The notes: generated by a model not told the origin, from the sequence alone. 39,062 bases of DNA from a virus (IMGVR_UViG_2698536355_000010), one strand, 5' to 3'; counted from the stretch's first letter, positions 19,185 to 28,608 are shown. Numbers and translations: made by a program.

Positions 19185-19697
19185 TCAGTTTGCTCCCTGT
19201 AAGCACCAGGCCATCTCCCGCGCACGGCGGTTATCCAGCCCCTGATTAAACACACCTTTAACATAAACCCAGCGCGGCAACTGTCGGCACGCATCCGCCC
19301 AGAGCCGCTGATTGAGTAATTTCACCAGTGTGGAACTGCAGGCATTGCCCGTTCCCACGTTGAAGGCAAACGACACCACCGCGTCATACACCTTTTGCGG
19401 CGGCTGTTGCTTCACACACCTTTCCAGTGCCCGCTCCACACGCAGCACGTTGGAAATCAGCCCTTCTGCTGCCTGTCGTTCCGTGATTGTTTTGCCGGGA
19501 ATGACGCCCGATGTATTACCAATGCCGTCGGTCCAGACACCTGCACTGCACTGATACGGCTGCAGACGGCAGCCTTCGTAATCGGCAATTAGTTTCAGCC
19601 CCTCCACGGAGGTGTGAAGCTGCTGAAAACCCGGCAACGTAGCTGCAATAGCCAGCACGGCCCCGACAAGGCAGCGTTTAACGATTGATGGATTCAT
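19185..19697 (-). CDS. K: endolysin, phage lysozyme family with N-terminal SAR-type signal anchor
   Basis: EGCRLQPYQCSAGVWTDGIGNT (lysozyme E-D-T block) preceded by hydrophobic CLVGAVLAIAATLPG. Confidence 0.85.
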   Translation of the reverse strand: MNPSIVKRCLVGAVLAIAATLPGFQQLHTSVEGLKLIADYEGCRLQPYQCSAGVWTDGIGNTSGVIPGKTITERQAAEGLISNVLRVERALERCVKQQPPQKVYDAVVSFAFNVGTGNACSSTLVKLLNQRLWADACRQLPRWVYVKGVFNQGLDNRRAREMAWCLQGAN

Positions 19698-19893
19698 AGT
19701 CCTCCCGCGAGATCTGCCCGTCGCGCAGAAGCTGGTAGGCTTTATGTTTGTAGTACCAGTTGATAGCCAGCATCAGCACACCAATCATCAGGCCGCCCAG
19801 CGTTGAGGCATCCTTGATGGACAAATCGCCCAGCCAGGCCAGCACGACGGCGATGCAATACGTGATAAAGGCGCTGATTCGCTCAAGCGTCAT
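19678..19893 (-). CDS. putative holin
   Basis: 71 aa, two predicted TM helices and charged C-terminus, directly upstream of endolysin. Confidence 0.55.
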   Translation of the reverse strand: MTLERISAFITYCIAVVLAWLGDLSIKDASTLGGLMIGVLMLAINWYYKHKAYQLLRDGQISREDYESINR

Positions 19894-19896
19894 AAT

Positions 19897-20103
19897 TCAG
19901 TCCCATAGCTGGACGGTCTGCACGGTGGTGGGGGTGGTCGGAATGTCCGGCAGCTCCACCTGCAGCCCGTGAGGTAAAAAGGGGCCGTATTCGGCAAGCC
20001 CCGGATTTGCCTTCAGTACCTGCTCCGTGACACCCTGCGTGCGCCCGTAATGACGCCAGCAAAGTGCGTCCACCGTGTCATACTGATGCGCACGCACTTT
20101 CAT
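19897..20103 (-). CDS. X: tail protein X
   Basis: 68 aa; YGRT-G--E-VL-ANPGLAE pattern as in P2 gpX. Confidence 0.8.
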   Translation of the reverse strand: MKVRAHQYDTVDALCWRHYGRTQGVTEQVLKANPGLAEYGPFLPHGLQVELPDIPTTPTTVQTVQLWD

Positions 20104-20630
20104 CAGATAAGCTCCACTGTGCAGTGCGGCGCATCCTGCACCCGGCTGATGGCCCAGCGGGCGTCACGCCATAAATCACCGCTTGCTTCCGCCAGTTCCT
20201 CGCCTCGCTTCGCACCGGATGCCGTGGCGTCATAGTCCTGGTAACGTTCGTTGAGCATGGCGCGTGCCCAGCAGTAAACCGCGTTGAAATAGTGCTGAAT
20301 GCGCTCGCTTTTGCCGTCCAGTTGTTCCGCCGGGACTTCTGCCAGCGAGGCATACCCCAGCATCTGCTGGCGTCTGCGAAACTCATACAGCTCTGCGTTG
20401 ACCTCCGAAATTGCCGACAGCGCAACCTGCTTTAAACGCGGCTGCGTCACCGTGCCGTCAGTGCGCATGACACTGCGAAACTCCGACAGGTCCACATCAG
20501 GCCAGAACGGCGTATTTCTGATGATTTCCGCCTGTTCCGGTGCCTGTTCTGGCGCAACAAACTTCATGCTGCTTTCTCCTGAAATAGAGGGCGGTGGACG
20601 GGGTTTTGATGTGGCAGTGCCTTTCGCCAC
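20103..20630 (-). CDS. L: head completion/stabilisation protein L
   Basis: P2 gpL-like (NTPFWPDVD, ELWRDARWAISRVQ); start uncertain between 20630 and internal ATG. Confidence 0.75.
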   Translation of the reverse strand: MAKGTATSKPRPPPSISGESSMKFVAPEQAPEQAEIIRNTPFWPDVDLSEFRSVMRTDGTVTQPRLKQVALSAISEVNAELYEFRRRQQMLGYASLAEVPAEQLDGKSERIQHYFNAVYCWARAMLNERYQDYDATASGAKRGEELAEASGDLWRDARWAISRVQDAPHCTVELI

Positions 20631-20662
20631 CCCGTGCCGCCCGTGCGCGGGGGCACGTTCTG

Positions 20663-21313
20663 TCAGCGGCTGTCATTGCGCAGTCTGCGCTCCAGCTGCT
20701 GTTTGTCTTTTTTCACGCCACAGCGGGGATCGAGCTGTAACGCATGGTTGAAATGATTAAGGGCAGACGCCGGATTGCCTTCACTCAGGACCGCGCCAAT
20801 CGCTTTATGCAGACGCGCCCGTGACTGATCCGGCATATCCAGACCGTCTGTCAGCTCCAGCGTCTGCAGCAACAGATCGGCATCAAAGCCGGTGGCAGCA
20901 AGCATTGCGCTCTGCGCCGCGTCTGCCATTTCCTCTGCCAGCACGGTCTGCACGTTGCGGTTACCCAGCGGCATCACCCAGCCATGACGCAGGGCATGAC
21001 GCCCGATCTCCAGCGCCCCGGCATAATCTCCGGCATCAATGCGCCACAGCATCACGTACATCAGCACGTCATCCTGTTGAGCGCCTCCGGCAGCCAGAAC
21101 GCCCTCCGCCCAGGCGGCATATTTCGGCAGCAGCTCCACCTTTATTTCCGCTTTTTTCACCGTGGACTGAACGCCCTTGAGACGGCGGCGGTCTTCCGCC
21201 AGTTGCAGCAGCATCAGGTCATAGCCCGACGCGTGGCGAACACTGCCGCCCTCACGGGCGGCCTGTTCAGCCTGAACGCGCAGGCGATGCTGCCGTGCGG
21301 GACTCAGGCTCAT
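20663..21313 (-). CDS. M: terminase endonuclease (small) subunit M
   Basis: 216-aa ORF in P2 gpM position between N and L. Confidence 0.8.
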   Translation of the reverse strand: MSLSPARQHRLRVQAEQAAREGGSVRHASGYDLMLLQLAEDRRRLKGVQSTVKKAEIKVELLPKYAAWAEGVLAAGGAQQDDVLMYVMLWRIDAGDYAGALEIGRHALRHGWVMPLGNRNVQTVLAEEMADAAQSAMLAATGFDADLLLQTLELTDGLDMPDQSRARLHKAIGAVLSEGNPASALNHFNHALQLDPRCGVKKDKQQLERRLRNDSR

Positions 21314-21316
21314 GGA

Positions 21317-22375
21317 TTACGCTCCGGTTTCTGCTGCGGCGGCGCTGAAGTCGCCAATCTGGATGTTTTCCACCAGTGCGGCGCAGCGGTAGTCCTCAAC
21401 CACATAGGCTTCGTTAACGGATTCAAAATTTTCAATCCGGTCACGTTTCGGGTTGTCGATAACTGAACGGCGGCGGGTGTCTTCCTGCCAGTAGATGGAC
21501 AGGTTATCCAGACGGGTGATTAGCAACGCATTCGGCGGGAAGAACGGCGCACGCACGGCCTGCAGGCCACCCATGCGTTTCTGACTGATGATCATATCGG
21601 CAGCGAGTTTTTCACTGTTTTCCTGCTCTTTGTTGACCAGCGGGAAATACTTGTCAGACAGCAGTTCACGACCGCAAATCACCACCAGATCGTCATCGTC
21701 CTGGTAGACCACGTCGATAAGCTCATTAACGGCATCCATCACCACGGCGTCCAGGTTGGCATATTCGCCACCTTTACCGACTTTCACCGCGCCCGGTGTG
21801 GTTTCACCGCCCGTGGTGGTGCTGCCCATGACGTGATCCGGTGCATCCTCACGGATTTTCTGCAGCCAGCCTTTATTCACATCCTGCAGCAGCGGGTTTT
21901 CGCTACGGTTGGAGGTTTTCGCACGCTTCACGCCGTTAAAGCCGATCATGATGCGGTCCAGTGCCTGACGTTTCACGATGGCGTTACGGATACGCACCTG
22001 GAAATCCTGAAACTTCGCCCACAGGTCCAGCTTCGCGTAGGTCAGCACCGTGTCAAAGTTAGTCTGCTCGCATTTATATTCCACATCGACCATCAGCGTC
22101 GGATCGACAGGCTCACGCTCTTTCGCGGTGGTATCAGTGGTTCCGGCAATGGTGCTGCCAACACCCAATCCAAGCAGCTGACCGGACTGCTCAGTCACTG
22201 GCGTAACGTTAATCAGCGTCAGGAATGCGGCGGACTGCTGGATCTGGTCTTCCAGCGTCTGCTGTACAGACGGCTCTACGGTGAATTTGCTGGACAGTTC
22301 TTCAACTGCCACACCGTTCAGACGCGCCAGCTGCTGCAGGTAAGCGTTAAAAGCAAAGCGGGTATTCTTCTTCAT
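21317..22375 (-). CDS. N: major capsid protein N
   Basis: 352 aa; TRFAFNAYL...KFTVEPSV and downstream blocks match remembered P2 gpN. Confidence 0.9.
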   Translation of the reverse strand: MKKNTRFAFNAYLQQLARLNGVAVEELSSKFTVEPSVQQTLEDQIQQSAAFLTLINVTPVTEQSGQLLGLGVGSTIAGTTDTTAKEREPVDPTLMVDVEYKCEQTNFDTVLTYAKLDLWAKFQDFQVRIRNAIVKRQALDRIMIGFNGVKRAKTSNRSENPLLQDVNKGWLQKIREDAPDHVMGSTTTGGETTPGAVKVGKGGEYANLDAVVMDAVNELIDVVYQDDDDLVVICGRELLSDKYFPLVNKEQENSEKLAADMIISQKRMGGLQAVRAPFFPPNALLITRLDNLSIYWQEDTRRRSVIDNPKRDRIENFESVNEAYVVEDYRCAALVENIQIGDFSAAAAETGA

Positions 22376-22391
22376 CAGGTTTTGTGCTCCA

Positions 22392-23204
22392 TCAGCAATT
22401 GGTCAGAGTGTCAGCGGGGGCGTTACCGCCTGTTGCACGCTGGCGGTAGTCCTGGCGGCTGTCTTCATGACTCAGCTTATTCACCAGTTCGTTAAAGGCG
22501 GTCTGCTGTGCCTGCAGGGCAGTCTCCAGCTCAGACAGGGATTTTTCGGTACGCACACTCAGGTTTTGCTGCTCAGTGGCGACCAGCTCCACGGCCTTAT
22601 GCACATCAGAGAACCGGGCGTCATCGGACTGCTCTTTTTTGGTAAACAGCGCCGTGACACGGGCAAACAGGGACGGTTTGTCCTCCTGGATTTCTTCCAG
22701 TTCGATCACCGTTTCCTCTGCAGCGGTAAAAAGATTGGCGGGATTCTGCTTGCGGTTTGCCAGCGGGTTATGGGCTGCACTGGCGCTGAATGTCAGCATT
22801 TCAGTGCCCAGACTGGCAGGGTCATCAGTGGCAGCCAGGCCGACCAGGTAGGCTTTGCCCGTATCAGCAAAGTTCGGGCTGACTTCCATAGAGGTGAATA
22901 ATTTCTGGCCTTTTTTCACCAGTTCCACCAGGGACTCCGTTGGCTCAACGTCGGCATACAGCGCCATCTTGCCTGCCAGCGGACCTTCCGTGATTTCTTC
23001 AGCAAACAGCGCCGTCACCTTGCCGTAGCGGTTAAAGGTGCTGTCCGGCAGATAAGACTTGATGTGCTCAAGGTTAATCAGCGCGGTATACACCGCCGGG
23101 TTGTAGCTGGCTGCCATCTGTTCCAGCCATTCACGCTGGATTTCGCGTCCGTCGGTGGTGGCACCTTCCACCCCGATGCGAAAACGCTTTGCTTTCACTG
23201 TCAT
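22392..23204 (-). CDS. O: capsid scaffolding protein O
   Basis: 270-aa ORF in P2 gpO position. Confidence 0.85.
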   Translation of the reverse strand: MTVKAKRFRIGVEGATTDGREIQREWLEQMAASYNPAVYTALINLEHIKSYLPDSTFNRYGKVTALFAEEITEGPLAGKMALYADVEPTESLVELVKKGQKLFTSMEVSPNFADTGKAYLVGLAATDDPASLGTEMLTFSASAAHNPLANRKQNPANLFTAAEETVIELEEIQEDKPSLFARVTALFTKKEQSDDARFSDVHKAVELVATEQQNLSVRTEKSLSELETALQAQQTAFNELVNKLSHEDSRQDYRQRATGGNAPADTLTNC

Positions 23205-23282
23205 GAGCCGTGCTCCGTTAGAAAAAACTTACTGGAGCCTTATGGTTGCGGTGATAGGGGCAGTGAAACAATGCGCGGTATT

Positions 23283-23300
23283 TGTACCGACAACCACACA
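23283..23300 (-). promoter_or_regulatory. candidate Ogr/B-dependent late promoter element (P_O, possibly shared with P_P)
   Basis: tgtaccgacaaccacaca, TGT-N12-ACA dyad centred about 87 bp upstream of O start in the O/P divergent intergenic region. Confidence 0.5.
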
Positions 23301-23346
23301 AACCGCAGGCGGGGAAAGCCTTCATTCAAGGCTGTAGGTTTGTTCC

Positions 23347-25113
23347 ATGAACACCACACTGACACCCGCAGATCTCGATCCCCGTCGGCAGGCCATGCTG
23401 CTGTACTTTCAGGGATACCGCGTAGCCCGCATTGCTGAAATGCTGGGCGAGAAAGTTGCAACCGTTCACAGCTGGAAAAAACGCGACAAGTGGGGTGACT
23501 ATGGGCCGCTGGATCAGATGCAGCTCACCACCGCCGCACGCTACTGCCAGCTCATTATGAAGGAGCACAAAGAAGGGAAAGATTTCAAAGAGATTGACCT
23601 GCTGGCGCGCCAGTCGGAACGCCACGCGCGGATCGGCAAGTTTAACAATGGCGGCAACGAAGCCGACTTAAACCCTAACGTCGCCAACCGCAACAAAGGC
23701 CCGCGCCGTCAGCCGGAAAAGAATGTTTTCACCGATGAGCAGATTGAGAAGCTGGAAGAAATCTTCCATTCCTCCATGTTCAACTACCAGCACCACTGGT
23801 GGGAAGCCGGAAAAACCAACCGCATCCGCAACCTGCTGAAGTCACGCCAGATCGGCGCGACCTTTTACTTTGCCCGTGAAGCCCTGATTGACGCTCTGCT
23901 TACCGGACGTAACCAAATTTTCCTTTCCGCCAGCAAGGCACAGGCCCACGTCTTTAAGCAGTACATCATCGACTTCGCTAAAGAAGTGGAGGTGGAGCTG
24001 AAAGGCGATCCGATGGTGCTTCCTAACGGGGCCACGCTTTACTTCCTCGGCACCAATGCCCGCACGGCCCAGAGTTATCACGGCAACCTGTATCTGGATG
24101 AATATTTCTGGATACCGAAATTCCAGGAGCTGCGCAAAGTGGCTTCCGGTATGGCTATTCACAAAAAATGGCGACAGACCTATTTTTCCACGCCATCCAG
24201 CCTGACACACAGTGCTTATCCGTTCTGGTCCGGTGCGCTGTTCAACCGTGGGCGCAACAAAGCCGATAAGGTGGACATCGACCTGTCCCACAGCAATCTG
24301 GCCCCCGGCCTGCTGTGCGCAGACGGACAATACCGCCAGATAGTCACCGTGGAAGATGCGGTGCGCGGCGGCTGTAACCTGTTCGACCTTGACCAGTTGC
24401 GCATGGAATACAGCCCGGACGAATACCAGAACCTGCTGATGTGTGAGTTCGTGGACGATCTCGCGTCCGTGTTCCCGCTCAGCGAACTGCAGGCGTGCAT
24501 GGTGGACAGTTGGGAAGTCTGGACCGACTTTCATGCACTGGCCCTGCGCCCGTTTGGCTGGCGCGAAGTATGGATCGGTTATGACCCCGCAAAAGGTACT
24601 CAGAACGGCGACAGTGCCGGATGCGTGGTGGTGGCACCGCCAGCCGTACCGGGCGGTAAATTCCGCATTCTTGAGCGTCACCAGTGGCGCGGGATGGACT
24701 TCCGCGCTCAGGCTGACGCCATCAAAAAACTGACCGAACAGTACAACGTGACTTATATCGGTATCGACTCAACCGGCGTTGGTCACGGGGTTTACGAGAA
24801 CGTGAAAGCATTCTTTCCTGCCGTCCGGGAGTTTGTCTACAACCCCAACGTTAAAAACGCCCTGGTGCTCAAGGCCTACGACATTATCAGCCACCGCCGT
24901 CTGGAGTTTGACGCCGGGCACACCGACATTGCGCAATCATTTATGGCAATCCGTCGCGCTACCACCGCCAGCGGCAACCGCCCGACCTATGAAGCCAGCC
25001 GCAGCGAAGAAGCCAGCCACGCCGATCTGGCCTGGGCAACGATGCACGCACTGTTTAACGAACCGCTGCAGGGCGAATCCGCCAATGCCAGCAATATTGT
25101 GGAGATTTTTTGA
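23347..25113 (+). CDS. P: terminase ATPase (large) subunit P
   Basis: 588-aa ORF, P2 gpP-like. Confidence 0.9.
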   Translation: MNTTLTPADLDPRRQAMLLYFQGYRVARIAEMLGEKVATVHSWKKRDKWGDYGPLDQMQLTTAARYCQLIMKEHKEGKDFKEIDLLARQSERHARIGKFNNGGNEADLNPNVANRNKGPRRQPEKNVFTDEQIEKLEEIFHSSMFNYQHHWWEAGKTNRIRNLLKSRQIGATFYFAREALIDALLTGRNQIFLSASKAQAHVFKQYIIDFAKEVEVELKGDPMVLPNGATLYFLGTNARTAQSYHGNLYLDEYFWIPKFQELRKVASGMAIHKKWRQTYFSTPSSLTHSAYPFWSGALFNRGRNKADKVDIDLSHSNLAPGLLCADGQYRQIVTVEDAVRGGCNLFDLDQLRMEYSPDEYQNLLMCEFVDDLASVFPLSELQACMVDSWEVWTDFHALALRPFGWREVWIGYDPAKGTQNGDSAGCVVVAPPAVPGGKFRILERHQWRGMDFRAQADAIKKLTEQYNVTYIGIDSTGVGHGVYENVKAFFPAVREFVYNPNVKNALVLKAYDIISHRRLEFDAGHTDIAQSFMAIRRATTASGNRPTYEASRSEEASHADLAWATMHALFNEPLQGESANASNIVEIF

Positions 25114-26147
25114 TGGGAAAGAGTAAGAAGAACCGCGCTGCGGCGACGAATCAGATCCAGCTTAAAAGTCAAACTACAGCCGAAGCATTCAGCTTCGGCG
25201 ATCCCGTTCCTGTTCTGGACCGCCGAGAATTACTGGACTATGTGGAATGCGTACAGATGGACCGTTGGTATGAGCCGCCCGTCAGCTTTGACGGACTGGC
25301 GCGCACCTTCCGCGCTGCCGTGCATCACAGTTCCCCGATTGCAGTAAAGTGCAACATTCTGACCAGTACCTATATCCCTCACCCGCTGCTCAGCCAGCAG
25401 GCTTTTTCACGTTTTGTGCAGGACTACCTGGTATTTGGTAACGCCTACCTGGAGAAACGCACGAACCGCTTCGGTGAAGTTATCGCCCTTGAGCCTGCGC
25501 TGGCAAAATACACCCGACGCGGGTTAGACCTGGATACCTACTGGTTTGTGCAATACGGTATGACAACCCAGCCGTATCAGTTCACGAAAGGCAGCATTTT
25601 TCATCTGATGGAACCGGACATCAACCAGGAGATCTACGGCTTGCCCGGCTATCTTTCTGCCATTCCATCCGCCCTGCTCAACGAATCCGCCACGCTGTTC
25701 CGCCGTAAGTATTACATCAACGGCAGCCATGCAGGCTTCATCATGTACATGACCGACGCCGCGCAGAATCAGGAGGATGTGAACAACCTCCGCAACGCGA
25801 TGAAAAGCGCCAAAGGTCCAGGCAACTTCCGCAACCTGTTTATGTACTCGCCTAACGGCAAAAAGGACGGGCTTCAGATCATTCCTCTGTCAGAAGTCGC
25901 AGCGAAGGATGAGTTTCTGAATATCAAAAATGTCAGTCGCGATGACATGATGGCAGCACACCGCGTACCGCCGCAAATGATGGGGATTATGCCGAATAAT
26001 GTTGGGGGTTTTGGGGATGTGGAGAAGGCGAGTCGAGTTTTTGTGCGAAATGAATTGAGGCCACTACAAAAGAGCCTATTAGAGCTGAACAACTGGTTAA
26101 AGGAGGATGTAATACATTTTGAGGATTATAACTTAGATATTCAATAA
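25110..26147 (+). CDS. Q: portal protein Q
   Basis: 345 aa; AEAFSFGDPVPVLDRR..LDYVEC...WYEPPVSF matches remembered P2 gpQ; last approx 60 codons AT-rich and divergent. Confidence 0.9.
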   Translation: MMGKSKKNRAAATNQIQLKSQTTAEAFSFGDPVPVLDRRELLDYVECVQMDRWYEPPVSFDGLARTFRAAVHHSSPIAVKCNILTSTYIPHPLLSQQAFSRFVQDYLVFGNAYLEKRTNRFGEVIALEPALAKYTRRGLDLDTYWFVQYGMTTQPYQFTKGSIFHLMEPDINQEIYGLPGYLSAIPSALLNESATLFRRKYYINGSHAGFIMYMTDAAQNQEDVNNLRNAMKSAKGPGNFRNLFMYSPNGKKDGLQIIPLSEVAAKDEFLNIKNVSRDDMMAAHRVPPQMMGIMPNNVGGFGDVEKASRVFVRNELRPLQKSLLELNNWLKEDVIHFEDYNLDIQ

Positions 26148-26151
26148 TCTT

Positions 26152-26175
26152 AAAAACCTGCATATGCAGGTTTTT
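26152..26175. terminator. bidirectional hairpin terminator between Q and the cargo operon
   Basis: aaaaa-cctgcatatgcagg-ttttt, palindrome flanked by an A-run and a T-run. Confidence 0.6.
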
Positions 26176-26210
26176 ACATTATATAGTTATAAAACTAACA
26201 AAAATCATAT

Positions 26211-26876
26211 TCAAAGCTCTGAGTCTACAGGCTCATGATAAAGGTTTACAGGGTAGTGTATAACCTCATAATTAAGTTGACTAACAGTGTGAGTATGTTG
26301 ACTGTAAAAAACCAATGGGTTTCTCTTACAAGGAGTTATCGAGATAGACTTACAAGCATGAATTCTTGGAGCCGATTTATCTAAATGAGCCTTCCACTTA
26401 GTCATCATTTCATTACATTTTTTATTACGCGTATATATAATTAACCCACCACTTGCACTGTCTACAGTACCAGTGCTATATCGCTCAGTGAGTTGTGCAT
26501 ACCCTTTAAATAAATAACCATATGAACCAGTGTGTTTTTTGGCCTCGCCATGCCAAGTAAATCTATTCAACTTTATTGTTATATCACAATGACCTCGTTG
26601 ATTATTTTCATGATATGCTTCAATTCCCATATCTTTATTTTTTATATTTGCCAGTAAAATTAAAGTAAGCTGATCTTCTGTTAAATCAAAATTCAATTTA
26701 TTTGAATTTTCCTCAATTGCCTGTACAGCAGAATCAAGCTCAATTCTTACAAACTGTTTGACGTTCTCATACGACTGGAGAGCAAACCTAACGCGAGTAA
26801 TAGAAGCATTGATACGCTGAAGAAAAATATCATTATCAATTTCAGCTAAACTCATTGGTGCAGACATTTTTAACAT
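26211..26876 (-). CDS. hypothetical protein, cargo operon gene 3 (possible PD-(D/E)xK-like motif)
   Basis: 221 aa; ATG overlaps upstream stop (ATGA); HCDITIK...(14)...GEAKK resembles a D...ExK motif; AT-rich. Confidence 0.6.
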   Translation of the reverse strand: MLKMSAPMSLAEIDNDIFLQRINASITRVRFALQSYENVKQFVRIELDSAVQAIEENSNKLNFDLTEDQLTLILLANIKNKDMGIEAYHENNQRGHCDITIKLNRFTWHGEAKKHTGSYGYLFKGYAQLTERYSTGTVDSASGGLIIYTRNKKCNEMMTKWKAHLDKSAPRIHACKSISITPCKRNPLVFYSQHTHTVSQLNYEVIHYPVNLYHEPVDSEL

Positions 26877-27310
26877 CAGACAATATCCTTTAATTTAGAT
26901 TCATCTAATGTAAAAAAAGGAAAGACGAAGGACTTATAGTCATACATAATCTCCCCTGTAAATGGGTTTACTAAAGATTGATTAATTTCAGCCTCTATAA
27001 CATCTTCTAACTCAAGCTCAATAGGATCATGAAAATCATCAATAAACCAATAATTGAGTTTTAAAAACTCAACCTTTGGACTACAAAGAATTTGTATAGC
27101 TGGGTACACAACCTGCTCATATGCTTCAGGTTGTATACATCCTTTATAACCATTAACGATACTAAATAAATCTTTATAACTCAGAGCTATATTAGGCGAT
27201 TTCTTTGCTCTCACACCAATTTCATCATACAAATAGCAAGCTAGCGCCCCTATATCAGGGCGCTCTGCACATATTTCTTTGATGATCTGGGGCATATCAC
27301 CATCCTTCAT
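26876..27310 (-). CDS. hypothetical acidic protein, cargo operon gene 2
   Basis: 144 aa from ATG 27310 with GGAG 6 nt upstream; tightly packed between genes 1 and 3. Confidence 0.55.
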   Translation of the reverse strand: MKDGDMPQIIKEICAERPDIGALACYLYDEIGVRAKKSPNIALSYKDLFSIVNGYKGCIQPEAYEQVVYPAIQILCSPKVEFLKLNYWFIDDFHDPIELELEDVIEAEINQSLVNPFTGEIMYDYKSFVFPFFTLDESKLKDIV

Positions 27311-27322
27311 TGCTGACTCCAA

Positions 27323-28429
27323 TTATAATATCAGCTTTGTGAGGGTTTCGAAATCATCTTTGGATATACATTTGCTTAATATAGCATAATTGACAGGAGA
27401 GCACCCACTACCACCTAAATGTCTGCGTAATGTTCCTGGAATGATAAGCTCTACACTATCCGCCAATTGCAATTTTGGATTATTCCTATCTACTCTAATT
27501 CCAATACGATATAAACCAATATTACCTACAGCTTTAATGCCCTCTTTATTAAACAGATCATCACGCAAGTCTTTCTTAGCCACATTTTTCTTTTCCTTAT
27601 GAGTGGTTCCCTCATAAGTTAAAAATGACAAATCGAACACCTTATAACTTAAACTTGAATATGGCATTACATTTTGCTTGAAAATTGGCTCAATTAATGG
27701 ATAAAAATCCTTTTCCGATGAATTAAATTGATAACCTGCGCAATTATATAACTCACGAATAAAATTCGTTTTCGCAAAAACGATATTATCACCAACAACA
27801 TTACCATTAGTATCAATTAATACATGGATTTTATTTGAAGCTGAATCTAATATACACACATCAAAACACTGACGTTTTTCTTTTCTCTTCGCAATGATTT
27901 CATCAAACTGTTTGTATGCTGCTAACTTTGACGGAGGGACTTTCTCTCTTACAACCAGCTCCCTGATAGATGAAAATACCAAAATAGACTGAGTATTTTG
28001 CTTAGAGTAATTAACAAGCTCAAGTTGATTTTTAATAGCATGCTGTAATTGAACATCATCAACAATCGTTTCGACTAATGATGTTGGTTGCTTCATCATA
28101 TTCCATTGGAGAGCATATCTATCATCAAGTAATTTAATTACTTGACTATCTACAGACAAACTAAATATTGCTTTTTCACCATAAACAACCTGCCCAAAGA
28201 CTAAATCATTTACACTTGCAATGATTTTGTCAAATTTTTGCCTATCTTTCTTTTTAAAATCAATGAGGCTTTCTAGTATTTTGTCGTTTGTTGCTTCACG
28301 CCCTCTACCTGTAGGTAGCCCTAAAGAAGCAATAATTGGTCTGGCGATATGCCACGTAAAACGTTCAGTTAAGGCTAAGATCGACTTTAACTCAAAGTCA
28401 GAAAGCACCACTGGGACACCACTTGTCAT
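27323..28429 (-). CDS. hypothetical protein, cargo operon gene 1
   Basis: 368 aa from ATG 28429 with AGGTG upstream; no nucleotide-binding or other motif recognised by eye; AT-rich. Confidence 0.6.
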   Translation of the reverse strand: MTSGVPVVLSDFELKSILALTERFTWHIARPIIASLGLPTGRGREATNDKILESLIDFKKKDRQKFDKIIASVNDLVFGQVVYGEKAIFSLSVDSQVIKLLDDRYALQWNMMKQPTSLVETIVDDVQLQHAIKNQLELVNYSKQNTQSILVFSSIRELVVREKVPPSKLAAYKQFDEIIAKRKEKRQCFDVCILDSASNKIHVLIDTNGNVVGDNIVFAKTNFIRELYNCAGYQFNSSEKDFYPLIEPIFKQNVMPYSSLSYKVFDLSFLTYEGTTHKEKKNVAKKDLRDDLFNKEGIKAVGNIGLYRIGIRVDRNNPKLQLADSVELIIPGTLRRHLGGSGCSPVNYAILSKCISKDDFETLTKLIL

Positions 28430-28589
28430 AACATGCACCTAGTCAACCCAAAAGCAATTGAAAATCGCTCTTGTCTTAATTTTTTCCATCAATATCTAAC
28501 AAATTACCTTAATGTTGAAAAAGTTTGCAAGCCATTTGCGTCTAAAAAGTGACTTGACTCAATGTGTTACAAAGCTTAGCGAGCGCGCG

Positions 28590-28608
28590 CTCGTATCCCC
28601 GCCACGCC
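28590..28608 (-). other. cos-like cohesive-end site
   Basis: Minus strand reads GGCGTGGCGGGGATACGAG followed by CGCGCGCT, closely resembling the remembered P2/186 cos (GGCG[A/T]GGCGGGGAAAGCA...GCGCGCT). Confidence 0.5.

Noticed and set aside
21833-22495. 220-aa plus-strand ORF
   Set aside because: Antisense to major capsid gene N.
23304-23320. GGCGGGGAAAGC 12-mer resembling the cos core in the O/P intergenic region
   Set aside because: Flanking bases do not match cos and a longer match including the GCGCGCT flank exists at 28590..28608; likely chance or promoter-related GC-rich sequence.
23842-24681. 279-aa minus-strand ORF
   Set aside because: Antisense to terminase gene P.
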